From assembly GCA_944393385.1 (NCBI GenBank), contig CALYAA010000001.1, forward strand, positions 48,221 to 112,220: 64,000 bases of DNA, written 5' to 3'. The notes under the pieces were generated by a model that saw only the letters and a list, made by a program, of their open reading frames with translations, was not told the DNA's origin and did no database searches. A program made the position numbers and the translations under genes. Source of the stretch: an uncultured Clostridia bacterium. GTDB taxonomy: Bacteria; Bacillota; Clostridia; TANB77; CAG-508. Numbering within the stretch: the stretch's first letter is position 1; the number at the start of each line of letters is the position of its first letter. This document shows positions 1 to 9,746 of the stretch, in pieces.

Positions 1-1
1 T

Positions 2-1789
2 GCACACGTAGACCACGGAAAAACAACATTAGTAGATGCATTATTAAGACAAAGCCATGTATTTAGAGATAATGAACAAGTTCAAGAAAGAGTTATGGAT
101 TCAAATGACCAAGAAAAAGAAAGAGGAATAACAATATTAGCCAAAAATACAGCTGTAATGTATAATGATATAAAGATAAATATAGTTGACACACCTGGAC
201 ATGCTGATTTTGGAGGAGAAGTAGAAAGAGTATTAAAAACAGTTGACGGAGTACTTTTGCTAGTAGATGCATTTGAAGGTGCAATGCCACAAACAAGAGA
301 AGTTCTAAAAAAATCTTTAGCATTAAATTTAAAACCAATTGTTGTGATAAATAAAATAGATAGACCAGGAGCAGAACCAAAGAAAGTTTTAGATCAAGTA
401 ATGGAATTGTTTATTGAATTAGATGCAAATGATGATCAATTAGATTTCCCTGTTGTATATACTTCTGCAAAAAATGGTGTAGCAAAAATGAATTTATCAG
501 ATCCAGATGGAGATATGTCTTGTTTATTTGAAACAATTATAAAAACAATAAATCCACCAGCATGTGATGAAAATGGAACAATGCAAATGTTAGTATCAAA
601 TATTGATTATGACGATTATGTTGGAAGAATTGCAGTTGGAAGACTTGAAAGAGGAATTATAAAATCTGGAATGCCAGTAAGTATTTGTGAAAAAGATGAT
701 AAAATTTCACAGGGAAGAATCTCAAAAGTATATACACATATGGGATTAAAAAAAGTAGAAGTAAGTGAGGCAAAAGCTGGAGATATTATAGAAATTGCAG
801 GAATTCCTCAAATTCATATAGGAGATACTATTTGTGATTTTGAACACCCAGAAAAAATTCCATTTGTTGATATAGACCAACCAACAATATCAATGACATT
901 TAGTGTTAATAATGGACCATTTGCAGGAAGAGAAGGACAATTTATTACATCAAGACATTTAAGAGATAGATTATTTAAAGAATTAGATAGAAATGTAAGT
1001 TTAAGAGTAGAAGAAACTTCATCACCAGACTCATTTATAGTTTCAGGAAGAGGAGAACTACACCTTTCTGTATTAATTGAAACAATGAGAAGAGAAGGAT
1101 ATGAATTATTAGTATCTAGACCAAAAGTAATTATAAAAGAAATTGATGGAGTAAAATGTGAACCAATTGAAAGACTAGTTGTAAATGTACCAGATGATTG
1201 TGTTGGAAATGTTATTGAAAAATTAGGTAGACGTAAAGCTGAAATGGTTAATATGGAACCAGCAGAAGTAGGACATACAAAAATAGAATTTAAAATTCCA
1301 TCAAGAGGTTTAATAGGATATAGAACTGAATTTTTAACAGATACAAAAGGTGAAGGAACTATGAATAGTATATTTGACTCATATGAACCATACAAAGGTG
1401 ATATAGTTTCTAGAACAAGAGGAACAATAGTTGCATTTGAAAATGGAACATCAATAACATATGGACTATATAATGCACAAGATAAAGGAGAATTATTTAT
1501 AGGACCTGGTGTAGATGTATATGAGGGAATGATAGTTGGTATAAACTCTAGGGGAGAAGATTTAGCAATAAATGTATGTAAAGAAAAACATTTAACAAAT
1601 ACAAGAGCTTCAGGTTCAGATGATGCATTACACTTAGTACCACCAATTCAAATGTCACTTGAAAAAGCATTAGAATTTATTCAAGATGATGAACTTGTTG
1701 AAGTAACACCAAAATCAATTAGATTAAGAAAGAAAATTTTAAATAATAAAGATAGAGAAAGAGCTGCAAGAAATTCAGCAAAAGAATAA
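2..1789 (+). CDS. typA: Translational GTPase TypA/BipA (5' end lies upstream of the window)
   Basis: The frame is open from position 2 and translates AHVDHGKTTLVDALL (G1 P-loop) and DTPGHADFGGEVER (G3); the ORF is 564+ aa with an EF-G-like domain order. Confidence 0.93.
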   Translation, partial: AHVDHGKTTLVDALLRQSHVFRDNEQVQERVMDSNDQEKERGITILAKNTAVMYNDIKINIVDTPGHADFGGEVERVLKTVDGVLLLVDAFEGAMPQTREVLKKSLALNLKPIVVINKIDRPGAEPKKVLDQVMELFIELDANDDQLDFPVVYTSAKNGVAKMNLSDPDGDMSCLFETIIKTINPPACDENGTMQMLVSNIDYDDYVGRIAVGRLERGIIKSGMPVSICEKDDKISQGRISKVYTHMGLKKVEVSEAKAGDIIEIAGIPQIHIGDTICDFEHPEKIPFVDIDQPTISMTFSVNNGPFAGREGQFITSRHLRDRLFKELDRNVSLRVEETSSPDSFIVSGRGELHLSVLIETMRREGYELLVSRPKVIIKEIDGVKCEPIERLVVNVPDDCVGNVIEKLGRRKAEMVNMEPAEVGHTKIEFKIPSRGLIGYRTEFLTDTKGEGTMNSIFDSYEPYKGDIVSRTRGTIVAFENGTSITYGLYNAQDKGELFIGPGVDVYEGMIVGINSRGEDLAINVCKEKHLTNTRASGSDDALHLVPPIQMSLEKALEFIQDDELVEVTPKSIRLRKKILNNKDRERAARNSAKE

Positions 1790-1809
1790 TTAAATAAAAA
1801 TGCAAAATG

Positions 1810-1847
1810 AGGTTGAAAGGCATAATATTTTCAACCTACATTTTTTT
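1810..1847 (+). terminator. Rho-independent terminator after typA
   Basis: Stem AGGTTGAAA...TTTCAACCT followed by a T-run. Confidence 0.7.
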
Positions 1848-1864
1848 ATAAAGGAACAATAAAA

Positions 1865-2455
1865 ATGAATAAAAAAGAACTAAACCAAATAAAACAAAAA
1901 GCATTAGAAGAACATATTCCAATAATTATGGATGATACATTAGAAGTAGTAGACAAAATTTTAAAAGAAATAAAGCCTAAAAAAATACTAGAAATTGGAA
2001 CTGCTGTTGGATATTCTGCAATATGTTTTTCAGAATACTTGCAAACAAACGGAGTTATTGATACAATAGAAAGGGATAATCAAAGAGTAATAGAAGCAAA
2101 AATAAATATAGAAAAAGTTGGAGTATCAAGTAAAATAAACATTTATGAAGGAGACGCAGTAGAAATATTACCAACATTAAATGAAAAATATGATGTAATA
2201 TTTATTGATGCAGCAAAAGGAAAATATCCATTTTTCTTAAAAGAAGCTTTAAGAATGCTAAAACCAAATGGAGTAATTTTAGCAGATAACATATTATATA
2301 AAGGATATGTTATGAGTGATTATAACAAACATAAACAACGTACAGCAGTAAGAAATTTAAGAGAATACATAAAAGAAGTTACAGAAGATCCAAATTTAGA
2401 AACAGAGATTCTAGAAGTTGGAGATGGGCTTGCTGTAAGTAAACACAAAAATTAA
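1865..2455 (+). CDS. Class I SAM-dependent O-methyltransferase (caffeoyl-CoA OMT / YrrM-like)
   Basis: LEIGTAVGYS SAM-binding motif and DVIFIDAAKGKY; 196 aa. Confidence 0.8.
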   Translation: MNKKELNQIKQKALEEHIPIIMDDTLEVVDKILKEIKPKKILEIGTAVGYSAICFSEYLQTNGVIDTIERDNQRVIEAKINIEKVGVSSKINIYEGDAVEILPTLNEKYDVIFIDAAKGKYPFFLKEALRMLKPNGVILADNILYKGYVMSDYNKHKQRTAVRNLREYIKEVTEDPNLETEILEVGDGLAVSKHKN

Positions 2456-2477
2456 AAATAAAAAAAGAGGAGTACTT

Positions 2478-4394
2478 ATGAAAATAAAAAAAATTCTATT
2501 TACAATTTTGTTTGCAATTTTTATTGTATTAATTTCGCAAAATAAAGTAGACGCAACTCTAAAACTAGATAATTTAGATTTTGACGTACAAATAAATTCT
2601 GATGGAAGTATGGATGTAACAGAAACATGGGATATTTATGTAAGTGATACAAATACTTTATTTAAGAGTTTTGAAAAAGACGAATCAAAATATTCAAATA
2701 TAATTGATGTAAACGTCAAAGAAATTACAAATGGAAAAAATAAAGAATTTAAACAAATATATGAAGAAATGTATCATGTAACAAAAGACTGTTATTATGC
2801 ATTAAATAAATCAGACGGAAAATTTGAAATTGCATGGGGAGTTGGACTAGATAACAGCTCAGACAAAAGAGTTTATCAGATTTCATATAAAGTAACAGAT
2901 GCAATTGCAAAATATAATGATTATGCTGAATGTTATTGGCAATTTGTAGGATCAGATTATGAAGTACCAGCCCAAAAAATTACCGGAACAATTTTGTTAC
3001 CAGACAATGCAGAAAGCATGGATGATATATTAGTTTGGGGACATACCGAAGACTTAAATGGAGATATAAATGTTACAGGTCAAAATGAAGTATCATTTGA
3101 AATTTCAAAATATCAAGGAAATTGTTATGTTGAAGTAAGAATATTATTTCCAAGAGAAATGGTTGGAAATGTAAGAAGAACATATAATCAAGATATTTAT
3201 GATGATGTATTACAAGAAGAAACAATCTGGGTAAATGATGCCAATGCAAAAAGAGAAGCTCGTGAAAGTATCCAAAAAAATGCTGCCCGAATATTATTAA
3301 TAATTATAGGCGGTATACTTGGAATAATTCTTATAATATCGATTATTAATTTTATTAAAAATCTGAAAAAAATAAATAATTTAGAGAAAAAATATACTCC
3401 TACAACTGAATATAAATATTATAGAGAATTACCATATAAAGATGCAACTCCATCAGAAGCATTATTTATAGAAAGTGATTATAATCCTGTAAGTTTTGCT
3501 GGCAGTTTTGCAGCAAATATATTAGACTTGTGCTTAGAAAAATATATTTCATTAGAAGTAATAGAAAAAAAATCAATAATATCTGATGGCGTTATAAAAA
3601 TTACTTTATTAAATAAGCCAAAAGATAATTTGAAATTAGATGAAAAATTAACATTAAGCTTTCTTGAAGAAGTTGCAGAAGATGGAAAAGAATTAACAAC
3701 AAAAGATATTACAAAATATTTAAGAAAAAAGCCATATAAACTAGCAAACTATGAAGATGATTTATGTAAAATAATCAAAAACTTTGAAATAGCTACAGGC
3801 AAATTTGATGATAAAAAGAAAAAAGAAAAGGGAGACTTTGAAGGTCAAAAAATATTTAATTACACTACTTTGATTATATTATTAGCAATAGGAATACCAT
3901 TAATTGCATTTACTGATATTGCAAATATAAAAATTATATTATTATTTATATGTACAGTAATTTCTTTAATAGTAAATGGTGTTTTATCAAGTATTATAGC
4001 GAAAAGAATAAATGTTTTGACACAAAAAGGTGTAGATGAAAAAAATAAATGGAAAGCATTTAAAAAGTTTATGGAAGATTTTTCAATGCTAGACCAAAAA
4101 GATATACCGGATGTTGTATTATGGGAAAAATATTTAGTATTTGCAACAGCATTTGGAATATCTGAAAAAGTTCTAAAACAATTAAAAGTTGTTTATCCAC
4201 AAATTGAAGATATAAATTCACCAATATATACTTCATTTGCATATATACCTATTATGAATGCTATAAATATTGAAAACTGTGTAAGTTCAGCAGTATATTC
4301 TGGAACATATTCATCTGCAAGTGGTTCCGGAGGAGGATTCTCTGGCGGAGGAGGCCGGAGGCCGGTGGCCGGAGGTGGCGGAGGAGGTCGCTAA
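2478..4394 (+). CDS. DUF2207-family membrane protein with a Gly-rich C-terminal tail
   Basis: Signal peptide, internal TM helices and a C-terminal GGGFSGGGGRRPVAGGGGGGR tail encoded by a local GC-rich patch, the typical DUF2207 architecture. Confidence 0.7.
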   Translation: MKIKKILFTILFAIFIVLISQNKVDATLKLDNLDFDVQINSDGSMDVTETWDIYVSDTNTLFKSFEKDESKYSNIIDVNVKEITNGKNKEFKQIYEEMYHVTKDCYYALNKSDGKFEIAWGVGLDNSSDKRVYQISYKVTDAIAKYNDYAECYWQFVGSDYEVPAQKITGTILLPDNAESMDDILVWGHTEDLNGDINVTGQNEVSFEISKYQGNCYVEVRILFPREMVGNVRRTYNQDIYDDVLQEETIWVNDANAKREARESIQKNAARILLIIIGGILGIILIISIINFIKNLKKINNLEKKYTPTTEYKYYRELPYKDATPSEALFIESDYNPVSFAGSFAANILDLCLEKYISLEVIEKKSIISDGVIKITLLNKPKDNLKLDEKLTLSFLEEVAEDGKELTTKDITKYLRKKPYKLANYEDDLCKIIKNFEIATGKFDDKKKKEKGDFEGQKIFNYTTLIILLAIGIPLIAFTDIANIKIILLFICTVISLIVNGVLSSIIAKRINVLTQKGVDEKNKWKAFKKFMEDFSMLDQKDIPDVVLWEKYLVFATAFGISEKVLKQLKVVYPQIEDINSPIYTSFAYIPIMNAINIENCVSSAVYSGTYSSASGSGGGFSGGGGRRPVAGGGGGGR

Positions 4395-4433
4395 AAATAA
4401 CCAAAAAAACTCCAAAAAGCATGAAAGCAAAAA

Positions 4434-4492
4434 AACAGGAATTGTCAATAGTTTACTAACTTTGTAGGTACGCTAGTTGACATCCTGTTTTT
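4434..4492. terminator. Bidirectional terminator between convergent genes
   Basis: Imperfect inverted repeat ACAGGAATTGTCAA...TTGACATCCTGT followed by TTTTT. Confidence 0.6.
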
Positions 4493-4498
4493 ATACAT

Positions 4499-5443
4499 TT
4501 ATTCTAATAAATTTTTCATATCTTTATGAAGATTACAAGTAATGTGCAAAGTTTTGCTTGTAATAGGATGAACAAAAGAAATGGAATAACAATGTAATGC
4601 TTGTCTATTAATTAATGTAGATTTTAAGCCATATAAAGAATCTCCAATTAATGGATTACCAATAGCCATAAAATGAACTCTAATTTGATGAGTTCTTCCA
4701 GTTTCTAAAAAACATTTTACAACAGACATTGAAGTTAATTCTTTAACAACCTCATATTTTGTAATTGCATTTTGACCATTTTCTGAAATACACCTTTCTA
4801 TAATGCTATTTTCTTTTCTCGCAATAGGCAAATTAATTGTACCAGTTTTTTCTTTTAAATGACCTGAAACAACAGCAATATATTCCTTTTTAAACATATT
4901 ATTATTCATTTGCCTAATTAAACTCTCTTGAATATACTCATTTTTTGCAAAAACAATAATTCCAGAAGTATCTAAATCAAGCCTTGTAACAGGTCTAATT
5001 TTTTTCTTAAGACCAATAGAATCAAAATAATATCTAATTCCATTTGATAAACTATCTTGAAAGTGTAAAATAGAAGGATGAACAGCAATTCCTGCAGATT
5101 TATTAATGATTAATAAACAATCATCTTCATATAAAATGTTTAAGTCCATTTTTACAGGAACAATATTATCATTTTTTTCTTCAAAATTTAAATCAACTTT
5201 TACGATATCTCCAATATTAATATTTAAGCGTGTATCAACTTGTTTATTATTTAAAAAAACTAATTTGTTAATTATTACTTTATGCATTAATCTGGCAGAC
5301 AATTTAAATTCTTGTTTCAAAATTTGGTTTATATTTTTATAATTATTATTTATAACTTTATATTCTAAAAACACATAAATCACCAAAAATATTCTACAAT
5401 TATTTTTTAGATTAGTCAAATTTGAAATAATCTTTAAAATCAA
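4499..5443 (-). CDS. RluA-family 23S rRNA pseudouridine synthase (RluD-like, S4 domain at the N-terminus)
   Basis: HQIRVHFMAIGNPLIGDSLYG and RLDLDTSG catalytic-Asp motif. Confidence 0.88.
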   Translation of the reverse strand: MILKIISNLTNLKNNCRIFLVIYVFLEYKVINNNYKNINQILKQEFKLSARLMHKVIINKLVFLNNKQVDTRLNINIGDIVKVDLNFEEKNDNIVPVKMDLNILYEDDCLLIINKSAGIAVHPSILHFQDSLSNGIRYYFDSIGLKKKIRPVTRLDLDTSGIIVFAKNEYIQESLIRQMNNNMFKKEYIAVVSGHLKEKTGTINLPIARKENSIIERCISENGQNAITKYEVVKELTSMSVVKCFLETGRTHQIRVHFMAIGNPLIGDSLYGLKSTLINRQALHCYSISFVHPITSKTLHITCNLHKDMKNLLE

Positions 5444-5513
5444 ATCTTGTAATTTTACATTTTATATTGTAAAATATATTTTGGAATAAATAAAGAAGGA
5501 AAGTGAGTTAAAT

Positions 5514-6095
5514 TTGAAAATAATAAATATATTTAAACATATAAAAGTAGTAATGAGACATAAGTGGGTAGTATTTAAGTTATGTTGTAAGATAGGAATT
5601 CCATGGAGAGGATTTTTACATGATTTTTCCAAATTTTCACCAGAAGAATTTTGGGAAAGTGTAAAATATTTTGACGGACACAAAAGTCCTATAATAATTT
5701 GTAAAATGAAAAATGGATACTCAAAAGCATGGCTACACCACAAAGGAAGAAATAAGCATCATCCAGAATATTGGACAGACCTAGCATTGCCAGAAAAAGC
5801 AATAATAATGCCATACAAATATGCAGCAGAAATGGTTTGTGATAAAATGGCAGCAGGAATAGTATATGAAGGAAAAAATTGGACACCTAGTACAGAAATA
5901 AATTATTATATGAAAGAAAGAGAAAATGAGTTAATAAATCCTCAAATAGACAAATTTATGCTAGAAGTATTCACACAAGTTGAAGAAAAAGGATTAGACA
6001 ACACATTTACAAAACAAAACATAAAAAGTTTATATGAAAAATATTGCATTAGAATGGAGAAATTAGATGAGAATAAGATTCAAAAAGTGGGCTAG
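5514..6095 (+). CDS. Conserved hypothetical protein (DUF5662-like)
   Basis: 193-aa ORF with good codon usage; the TTG at 5514 is the longest start and the ATG at 5553 is an alternative; function unknown. Confidence 0.5.
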   Translation: MKIINIFKHIKVVMRHKWVVFKLCCKIGIPWRGFLHDFSKFSPEEFWESVKYFDGHKSPIIICKMKNGYSKAWLHHKGRNKHHPEYWTDLALPEKAIIMPYKYAAEMVCDKMAAGIVYEGKNWTPSTEINYYMKERENELINPQIDKFMLEVFTQVEEKGLDNTFTKQNIKSLYEKYCIRMEKLDENKIQKVG

Positions 6096-6729
6096 ACCAG
6101 AACTTGAAGCAAGCAAATTCTATATAGATAAACCAGAAGATATAAAAGGAAAATGGAAAGAACAATTTAAAAATAAAGAAAATCCAATATATATAGAATT
6201 AGGCTGTGGAAAGGGAAAATTTATATCACAAATAGCTTTGCAAAATCCGCAAATAAATTTTATTGCAATAGACTTAGTAGATGCAATGCTAGGTTTAGCA
6301 AAAAGAGAAATTGAACAAACATATAATCAAGCCAAAAAAGAAATTGATAATGTAATAATAACAAGATTTGACATACAAAGAATAGATTTAATATTATCAA
6401 AAGAAGATAATATCAAAAGGATATACATAAATTTTTGCAATCCATGGCCAAAAGGAAAACATAGAAAGAAAAGACTAACACATCCAAGGCAACTTGAAAA
6501 GTATAAAGAATTTCTTGCTGAAGGAGCCAAAATTTATTTTAAAACAGATGATGATGATTTATTTAAATCAAGTCTAGGATATTTTGAAGAAACAGGATTT
6601 AAAATAATAGCCAAAACATATGACTTGTATGCAGAACCAATATGGGAACAAAATATAGAAACAGAACATGAGAAAATGTTCAGTCAGCAAGGAATAAAAA
6701 TAAAAGCACTAATAGCCAAAAAAATTTAA
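6067..6729 (+). CDS. trmB: tRNA (guanine46-N7)-methyltransferase
   Basis: N-terminus MRIRFKKWARPEL, motifs IELGCGKGKF and NFCNPWPKGKHRKKRL; 220 aa; overlaps the upstream ORF by 29 nt. Confidence 0.88.
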   Translation: MRIRFKKWARPELEASKFYIDKPEDIKGKWKEQFKNKENPIYIELGCGKGKFISQIALQNPQINFIAIDLVDAMLGLAKREIEQTYNQAKKEIDNVIITRFDIQRIDLILSKEDNIKRIYINFCNPWPKGKHRKKRLTHPRQLEKYKEFLAEGAKIYFKTDDDDLFKSSLGYFEETGFKIIAKTYDLYAEPIWEQNIETEHEKMFSQQGIKIKALIAKKI

Positions 6730-6732
6730 GAA

Positions 6733-6800
6733 AATTTAAGAACCGACCCCAGACAATTTGAGAACCGACCCCAGACAAGACAAGACAAGACAAAAAAGAC
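6733..6800. repeat. Short intergenic direct repeats
   Basis: AATTT(A/G)AGAACCGACCCCAGACAA occurs twice, followed by a (GACAA)n run and AGACCGGCACTAAAT. Confidence 0.6.
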
Positions 6801-6833
6801 CGGCACTAAATGGCCTAGAAAGAGGACTTCTTT

Positions 6834-7310
6834 ATGAAAAAAAAGAAAGTATTATTTATTTCAAGTACAGGTGGACATCTTAATGAACTTTTGCAATTAA
6901 AACCTTTATTTGAAAAATATGATTATAATATAATAACAGAAAAAGATGAGTCAACTAAAAGCTTAAAAGATAAGTATGGTGATAAAATAATGTATTTACC
7001 ATATGGAACAAGACAAAAATTATTTAGATATATTTTTGTTTATACATTTTTATGTTTTAAGACAATATATTTATATTGTAAATTAAGACCTAAATATATA
7101 GTAACAACAGGAACACATACGGCAGGACCAATGTGTTATTTGGGAAAATTATTTGGAAGTAAAATAATATATATAGAAACATTTGCGAATAGAAACAGGA
7201 AAACAGCAACAGGTAGATTAATATATCCAATTGCAGATTTATTTATTGTACAATGGGAAGAATTACTTAAATTATATCCCAAAGCTGTATATGGAGGTGC
7301 AATATATTGA
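6834..7310 (+). CDS. Alg14-like glycosyltransferase membrane-anchor subunit (PssD/Cps14F-like)
   Basis: MKKKKVLFISSTGGHLNEL N-terminus; 158 aa, translationally coupled to the next gene. Confidence 0.7.
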   Translation: MKKKKVLFISSTGGHLNELLQLKPLFEKYDYNIITEKDESTKSLKDKYGDKIMYLPYGTRQKLFRYIFVYTFLCFKTIYLYCKLRPKYIVTTGTHTAGPMCYLGKLFGSKIIYIETFANRNRKTATGRLIYPIADLFIVQWEELLKLYPKAVYGGAIY

Positions 7311-7786
7311 TTTTTGTAACACTAGGAACTCAAAATAATAGTTTTCATAGACTGCTAGAAGAAATTCAAAAAAATATTGATAATGGAAAAATAAAGGAAG
7401 AAGTTATTGTTCAGAATGGATATACAAAGTTTGAATCTTCAAAAATGAAACTTATAAAAGAAATTTCACAAGATGAATTTAACAGATTAATTGATCAAGC
7501 AAATTTAGTAATAACTCATGGCGGTGTTGGTTCAATAATTTCAGCAATTACAAAGGGAAAAAAAGTAATTGCTGTACCAAGACTAAAAAAATATAATGAA
7601 CATGTTAATGACCATCAAATAGAAATAATTGATTCTTTTAATGAAAAAGGATTTATTGTAGGAATACATAGTGTTGAAGAATTAGGAGAGGCAATTGATA
7701 AAACAATAAATTTTAATCCACAAAAATATATAAGGAATACAGGAAATATTTTAAAATTGGTAGAAGACTTTATAGAAAAAAACTAG
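7307..7786 (+). CDS. Alg13-like (GT28 C-terminal domain) catalytic subunit (PssE/Cps14G-like)
   Basis: MIFVTLGTQ...ITHGGVGSI; partner of the preceding Alg14-like gene. Confidence 0.7.
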   Translation: MIFVTLGTQNNSFHRLLEEIQKNIDNGKIKEEVIVQNGYTKFESSKMKLIKEISQDEFNRLIDQANLVITHGGVGSIISAITKGKKVIAVPRLKKYNEHVNDHQIEIIDSFNEKGFIVGIHSVEELGEAIDKTINFNPQKYIRNTGNILKLVEDFIEKN

Positions 7787-8002
7787 TTTTTCTGAATTTA
7801 CTTGGAAAAATTTAAGAATGCACATCTACTTTTCTCATTTCCTATAGGCAGTACTATATAATATTTGTTGACTAAATTCAAAACAAGAGAGTATTTTCCT
7901 AAAAATTTTATAACAAAATTAAAAAATTTACAAAAAATTTACAAAACATATAAATTATAAGAAATAAGGGCAAAATTTCACAAAAATTTTGTCTTTTTAC
8001 TA

Positions 8003-8031
8003 TTGCAAAAAAATAATATTATTGGTATGAT
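8003..8031 (+). promoter_or_regulatory. Sigma-A-type promoter for the ftsEX operon
   Basis: TTGCAA-17 nt-TATGAT. Confidence 0.5.
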
Positions 8032-8035
8032 AAAA

Positions 8036-8150
8036 AAGGGAAAAAGGAGAACCGGCACCAAATTATCCAAAATAAAAAGGAAAAAAGAACTAGCACCAAA
8101 TAACCCGTAATAAAAAGGAAAAAAGAACCGGCATCAATTTGCCAAAGGGG
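8036..8150 (+). repeat. Three tandem imperfect repeats of about 38 bp in the ftsE leader
   Basis: AAAAAGG(A)AAAAAGAACCGGCACCAAAT-like units at about 8036, 8074 and 8113. Confidence 0.7.
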
Positions 8151-8152
8151 AA

Positions 8153-8845
8153 ATGAAAATGATAGAATTTAGAAATGTTAGCAAAAAGTATGGAACAGGA
8201 ACAGAAGCTATAAAAAATGCTAATTTTAAAATTGATAAAGGAGAATTTGCATTTCTTGTAGGAAGCTCAGGAAGTGGAAAGTCTACTTTAATTAAATTAA
8301 TATTAAAAGAAGAAGAACCAACAAGTGGAAATATTATTATAAATGGTAAAGATACAACATTTTTAAAACAGAGTAGAGTACCATATTTAAGAAGAAGTAT
8401 GGGAGTAGTATTTCAAGACTTTAGACTATTACCAGACAAAACTGTTTATGAAAATGTTGCATTTGCAATGTATATAGTAAAAGCAACACCAAGGCATATT
8501 CGTAGACAAGTACCAATGGTTTTATCACTTGTTGGATTAAGTAAAAAAGCCAAAATGTATCCAAATGAATTATCTGGTGGTGAACAACAAAGAGTTGCTT
8601 TAGCTAGAGCATTAGTAAATAACCCATCAATGATAATTGCAGATGAGCCTACAGGAAACTTAGATCCAGACACTGCATGGGACATTATGAATTTATTAAA
8701 TGAAATTAATTTAAGAGGAACAACTGTAGTAGTAGCAACACATGCAAAAGACATAGTAGACCAAATGAAGAAAAGAGTAATACACATTAACAAAGGTGTA
8801 ATAGTTAAAGATGATAAAAAAGGTGGGTACGATTGTGAGATTTAA
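8153..8845 (+). CDS. ftsE: Cell-division ABC ATPase FtsE
   Basis: MIEFRNVSKKYG, Walker A GSSGSGKST, LSGGEQQRVALARAL signature; the ATG at 8159 is an alternative start. Confidence 0.9.
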   Translation: MKMIEFRNVSKKYGTGTEAIKNANFKIDKGEFAFLVGSSGSGKSTLIKLILKEEEPTSGNIIINGKDTTFLKQSRVPYLRRSMGVVFQDFRLLPDKTVYENVAFAMYIVKATPRHIRRQVPMVLSLVGLSKKAKMYPNELSGGEQQRVALARALVNNPSMIIADEPTGNLDPDTAWDIMNLLNEINLRGTTVVVATHAKDIVDQMKKRVIHINKGVIVKDDKKGGYDCEI

Positions 8846-9728
8846 TGTTATAAGCTATTTGTTAAAAGAAGGAATACAAAATTTATTTAAAAATAAAAAA
8901 TCAACAATATCATGTTTAATGATTATGATAGCAACAATGCTAATATTTGGACTATTTTTTGTAATAGGAGAAAATATAAATGCATTTGTAAAAAGTGTTG
9001 CTGATGCCCAAGGAATAAGAGTGTTTGTTGTAAACACTGCAACAGAAGAAGAAATAGAACAAGTTGGAAAAGATATATTAGAAATTGATGGGGTTAGAGA
9101 TGTAAAATATATTTCTAAAGAAGAAGGTTTAGAAACAATGCGAGAAAAGCTTGGAGATGAGATGATAGAAGGGTATACAGAAAGGAATATATTACCTGCA
9201 TCTTATGAAGTAACATTAACAGATTTAGAATTAAATGAATCAGTTCAGGAAAGTTTATTACAAATACCAAATGTAGAAGATCTCCGTTCAAGTAATCCAA
9301 CAATTGAACAGATTATAAGATTAGCAAAAGGTGTAAAAATTGTTACATGGGTAATTTTAGTGTTATTAATTATAATTTCAACAGCAATTATTGCAAATAC
9401 AATAAAATTAACAGTACATGCTAGAAGAAAAGAAATATCTATAATGAAATATGTAGGAGCAACAAATAGTTTTATTAGATGGCCATTTTTAGTTGAGGGT
9501 GTAATTATTGGAGTACTTGCAGGATTAATTTCAGTTGGAATTATAGGGTTATCTTATACATATATTGCAGGAAAATTATCAGGAACAACATTTTTAGAAT
9601 TGGCAAATTGGCAATTATTAGATTTCTCAAATATGTTTGAATTAATATTAGTAGTATATTTAAGTTTAGGAGTTGGTATTGGAGCAATAGGTAGTGGAAT
9701 ATCAATGAAAAAATATTTAGATGTATAA
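8835..9728 (+). CDS. ftsX: Cell-division permease-like FtsX
   Basis: GTG start giving VRFNVISYLLKEG, a canonical FtsX N-terminus; 4 TM helices and an extracellular domain; overlaps the ftsE stop; the track's longer ORF starts at 8811. Confidence 0.85.
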   Translation: MRFNVISYLLKEGIQNLFKNKKSTISCLMIMIATMLIFGLFFVIGENINAFVKSVADAQGIRVFVVNTATEEEIEQVGKDILEIDGVRDVKYISKEEGLETMREKLGDEMIEGYTERNILPASYEVTLTDLELNESVQESLLQIPNVEDLRSSNPTIEQIIRLAKGVKIVTWVILVLLIIISTAIIANTIKLTVHARRKEISIMKYVGATNSFIRWPFLVEGVIIGVLAGLISVGIIGLSYTYIAGKLSGTTFLELANWQLLDFSNMFELILVVYLSLGVGIGAIGSGISMKKYLDV

Positions 9729-9746
9729 TGGAAGGGAAGTGTAAAT

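Noticed and set aside
814-1395. 193-aa ORF antisense to typA
   Set aside because: It is embedded in a highly conserved GTPase gene, and its composition is typical of antisense artifacts in AT-rich DNA.
4330-4394. GC-rich patch at the 3' end of the DUF2207 gene considered as foreign DNA or a GC-rich repeat
   Set aside because: It encodes the Gly-rich tail characteristic of DUF2207 proteins in-frame.
5106-5342. 78-aa plus-strand ORF inside the rluA-family gene
   Set aside because: It is antisense to a well-supported CDS and has no RBS.
8036-8150. Tandem repeats considered as a CRISPR array
   Set aside because: There are only three imperfect units of about 38 bp with no alternating unique spacers of regular length. 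The repeats are A-rich leader sequence, not palindromic CRISPR repeats.
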